Assembly (NCBI GenBank): GCA_964441745.1
Contig: CAYTYR010000001.1
Coordinates: 194,754 to 258,753 of the forward strand
DNA from: an uncultured Clostridia bacterium
Lineage (GTDB): Bacteria > CAYTYR01 > UBA6262
Length of the DNA: 64,000 nucleotides
Reading direction: 5' to 3'
Positions 62,724-64,000 of the stretch are shown here, in pieces. Below the pieces are notes generated by a model. It was given only the letters and a program-made list of their open reading frames with translations, did not search any database and was not told the DNA's origin. The stretch's first letter is position 1. Each line of letters starts with the position of its first letter. Made by a program: the position numbers and the translations under genes.

Positions 62724-62811
62724 GGAAGGGTGGCCGAGCTGGTCTAAGGCGCCAGTCTCGAAAACTGGTATGGTCGTAAGGCCATCGTGAGTTCGAATCT
62801 CACCCCTTCCG
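62724..62811 (+). tRNA. tRNA-Ser(CGA), CCA not encoded
   Basis: CCAGT-CTCGAAA-ACTGG, long variable arm, GTTCGAATC. Confidence 0.93.
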
Positions 62812-63093
62812 TATTAAATAATTAGTCTGGCAAAAAAATTTAATGTTCTTAACCTTGTCTGCTTGTAAAAATGCGTATAAGTATAGAGAAGCAAGGGGAT
62901 GACCCGCCAAAAAGATCGGCGGGCAGGCAGTGAGTTCTTTTAGATGTCCGGCAAAAAAGTGTTTTTTTGCCGGGTCAACAAGAGGAAGGGGTTCAGCGAG
63001 CCCGTTCTGTGTGGCGAGCGACGACGAAACAGCCCGCCAAAGTTCGTTGGCGGGCCCTTGTGGAGCGAAACGAGCTTGCGTAGTGAAGCGACT

Positions 63094-63183
63094 GGAGAGA
63101 TGGCCGAGCGGTTGAAGGCGTACGCCTGGAGAGCGTATGTGGGGGTGACCTCACCCAGGGTTCGAATCCCTGTCTCTCCGCCA
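63094..63183 (+). tRNA. tRNA-Ser(GGA)
   Basis: TACGC-CTGGAGA-GCGTA, long variable arm, GGTTCGAATCC, CCA. Confidence 0.93.
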
Positions 63184-63794
63184 TTACTTCACATTTTTCT
63201 CCCCCTGTCTTCAGAAACTCCCCAAACCCCGCTCAAAGGGGCTACCGCCCCTATTGCGTTCGCTCGGCTGATTTGCCAGCAAATCAAGCCGCCGGCTCAC
63301 TATTACCCCTTGGGAAGTTTCCCAAAATCTCCAAATGTGAAAAAACGCGGAGCTTTTTAACCGAAATTCGAACTTTCTTCGAAGAAAATCCTTCGACTTA
63401 GCCCTTCGATAAACTCAGGGTTCGCTCAGGACAGGTCCCTTCGGAAAGCTCTTAGAAAGTGAGTTGTCATGCTCCCTCCTACGGAGCCTGTGCGCTCACA
63501 TCTCGCGCCCGTTGCTGGCTAAGTGCTCCTTCTTCGTCGCACCAGCAACCCTCTTTTCCGTTCGCTCCTCCTTCGACTACGCTCAGGACTTCGCTCTCTT
63601 GGTTCGCCCCCGCTCTGCGGGGTCGTAGGGCTTAAGTACTAAGACATGGTTCCGGTCAAAAATTCCTTCCCCACAAAAATTATTTTTACAATATTAGCTT
63701 CCAAACAGGTTTGTTTTGGTGTATAATAGTTTTAGAATAATACATATATTACAATACTTGTATTATAATATCATTTATTTAGGAAGTCAAGGAA

Positions 63795-64000
63795 ATGTTG
63801 GCTCAAAACATAAAGAGATTAAGAAAAAAGAAAGGTATTTCACAAGAGAAACTTGCTCGTCTTGCTGACATTTCGTATAACACTATAGTAAAAATAGAAG
63901 CAGGAAAGGCAAATAATCCAACAATAGACACACTATCCAAAATAGCTGATATTTTCAAGGTTTCAATAGATGAGTTATTAGGAAGAAACAACAAGAGAGC
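63795..64000 (+). CDS. XRE-family HTH regulator (runs off window; not in ORF track)
   Basis: MLAQNIKRLRKKKGISQEKLARLADISYNTIVKIEAGKANNPTIDTLSKIADIFKVSIDELL. Confidence 0.9.
   Translation, partial: MLAQNIKRLRKKKGISQEKLARLADISYNTIVKIEAGKANNPTIDTLSKIADIFKVSIDELLGRNNKR

Noticed and set aside
62812-63660. SRP RNA (ffs), often near tadA/tRNA-Ser
   Set aside because: The conserved domain IV motif (CAGG...GGAA...AGCAG) was not found on inspection.

Overview
Bacterial chromosomal origin region flanked by tRNA-anchored accessory DNA. 1-18.7 kb is a defence island (runs off the left edge) downstream of tRNA-Ser(UGA). It holds a C-terminally truncated large serine recombinase, an XRE repressor with face-to-face promoters, a type I R-M operon with a SIR2-HerA pair embedded between hsdS and hsdR, an M48 peptidase, an XRE-ImmA/IrrE plus PIN pair, a GmrSD-like nuclease, a mini-ISL3 cutting an exonuclease gene, and WGR-like and HEPN-like genes. 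19-55 kb is core genome: serS, archease-like, gyrA, gyrB (433-aa HNH intein), dciA-like, recF, dnaN, oriC, dnaA, rpmH-rnpA-yidD-yidC-jag-mnmE, patatin, rsmG, five parS sites, parAB, homocitrate-synthase-like, aspC, ndk, a probably Na+-type V/A-ATPase operon, HD-GYP and rsmI. 55.3-61.8 kb is a second islet (orphan TOPRIM protein, AlbA_2 protein, AbiE pair) lying upstream of tRNA-Arg(ACG), followed by tadA, two tRNA-Ser genes and the start of a probable third island. The most unusual non-coding pattern is that three of the four tRNA genes are preceded by 5'-half copies of tRNAs, and all four Ser halves carry a related 40-41 nt hairpin at the same anticodon-loop position. All calls come from motifs read by eye; no database searches were run.
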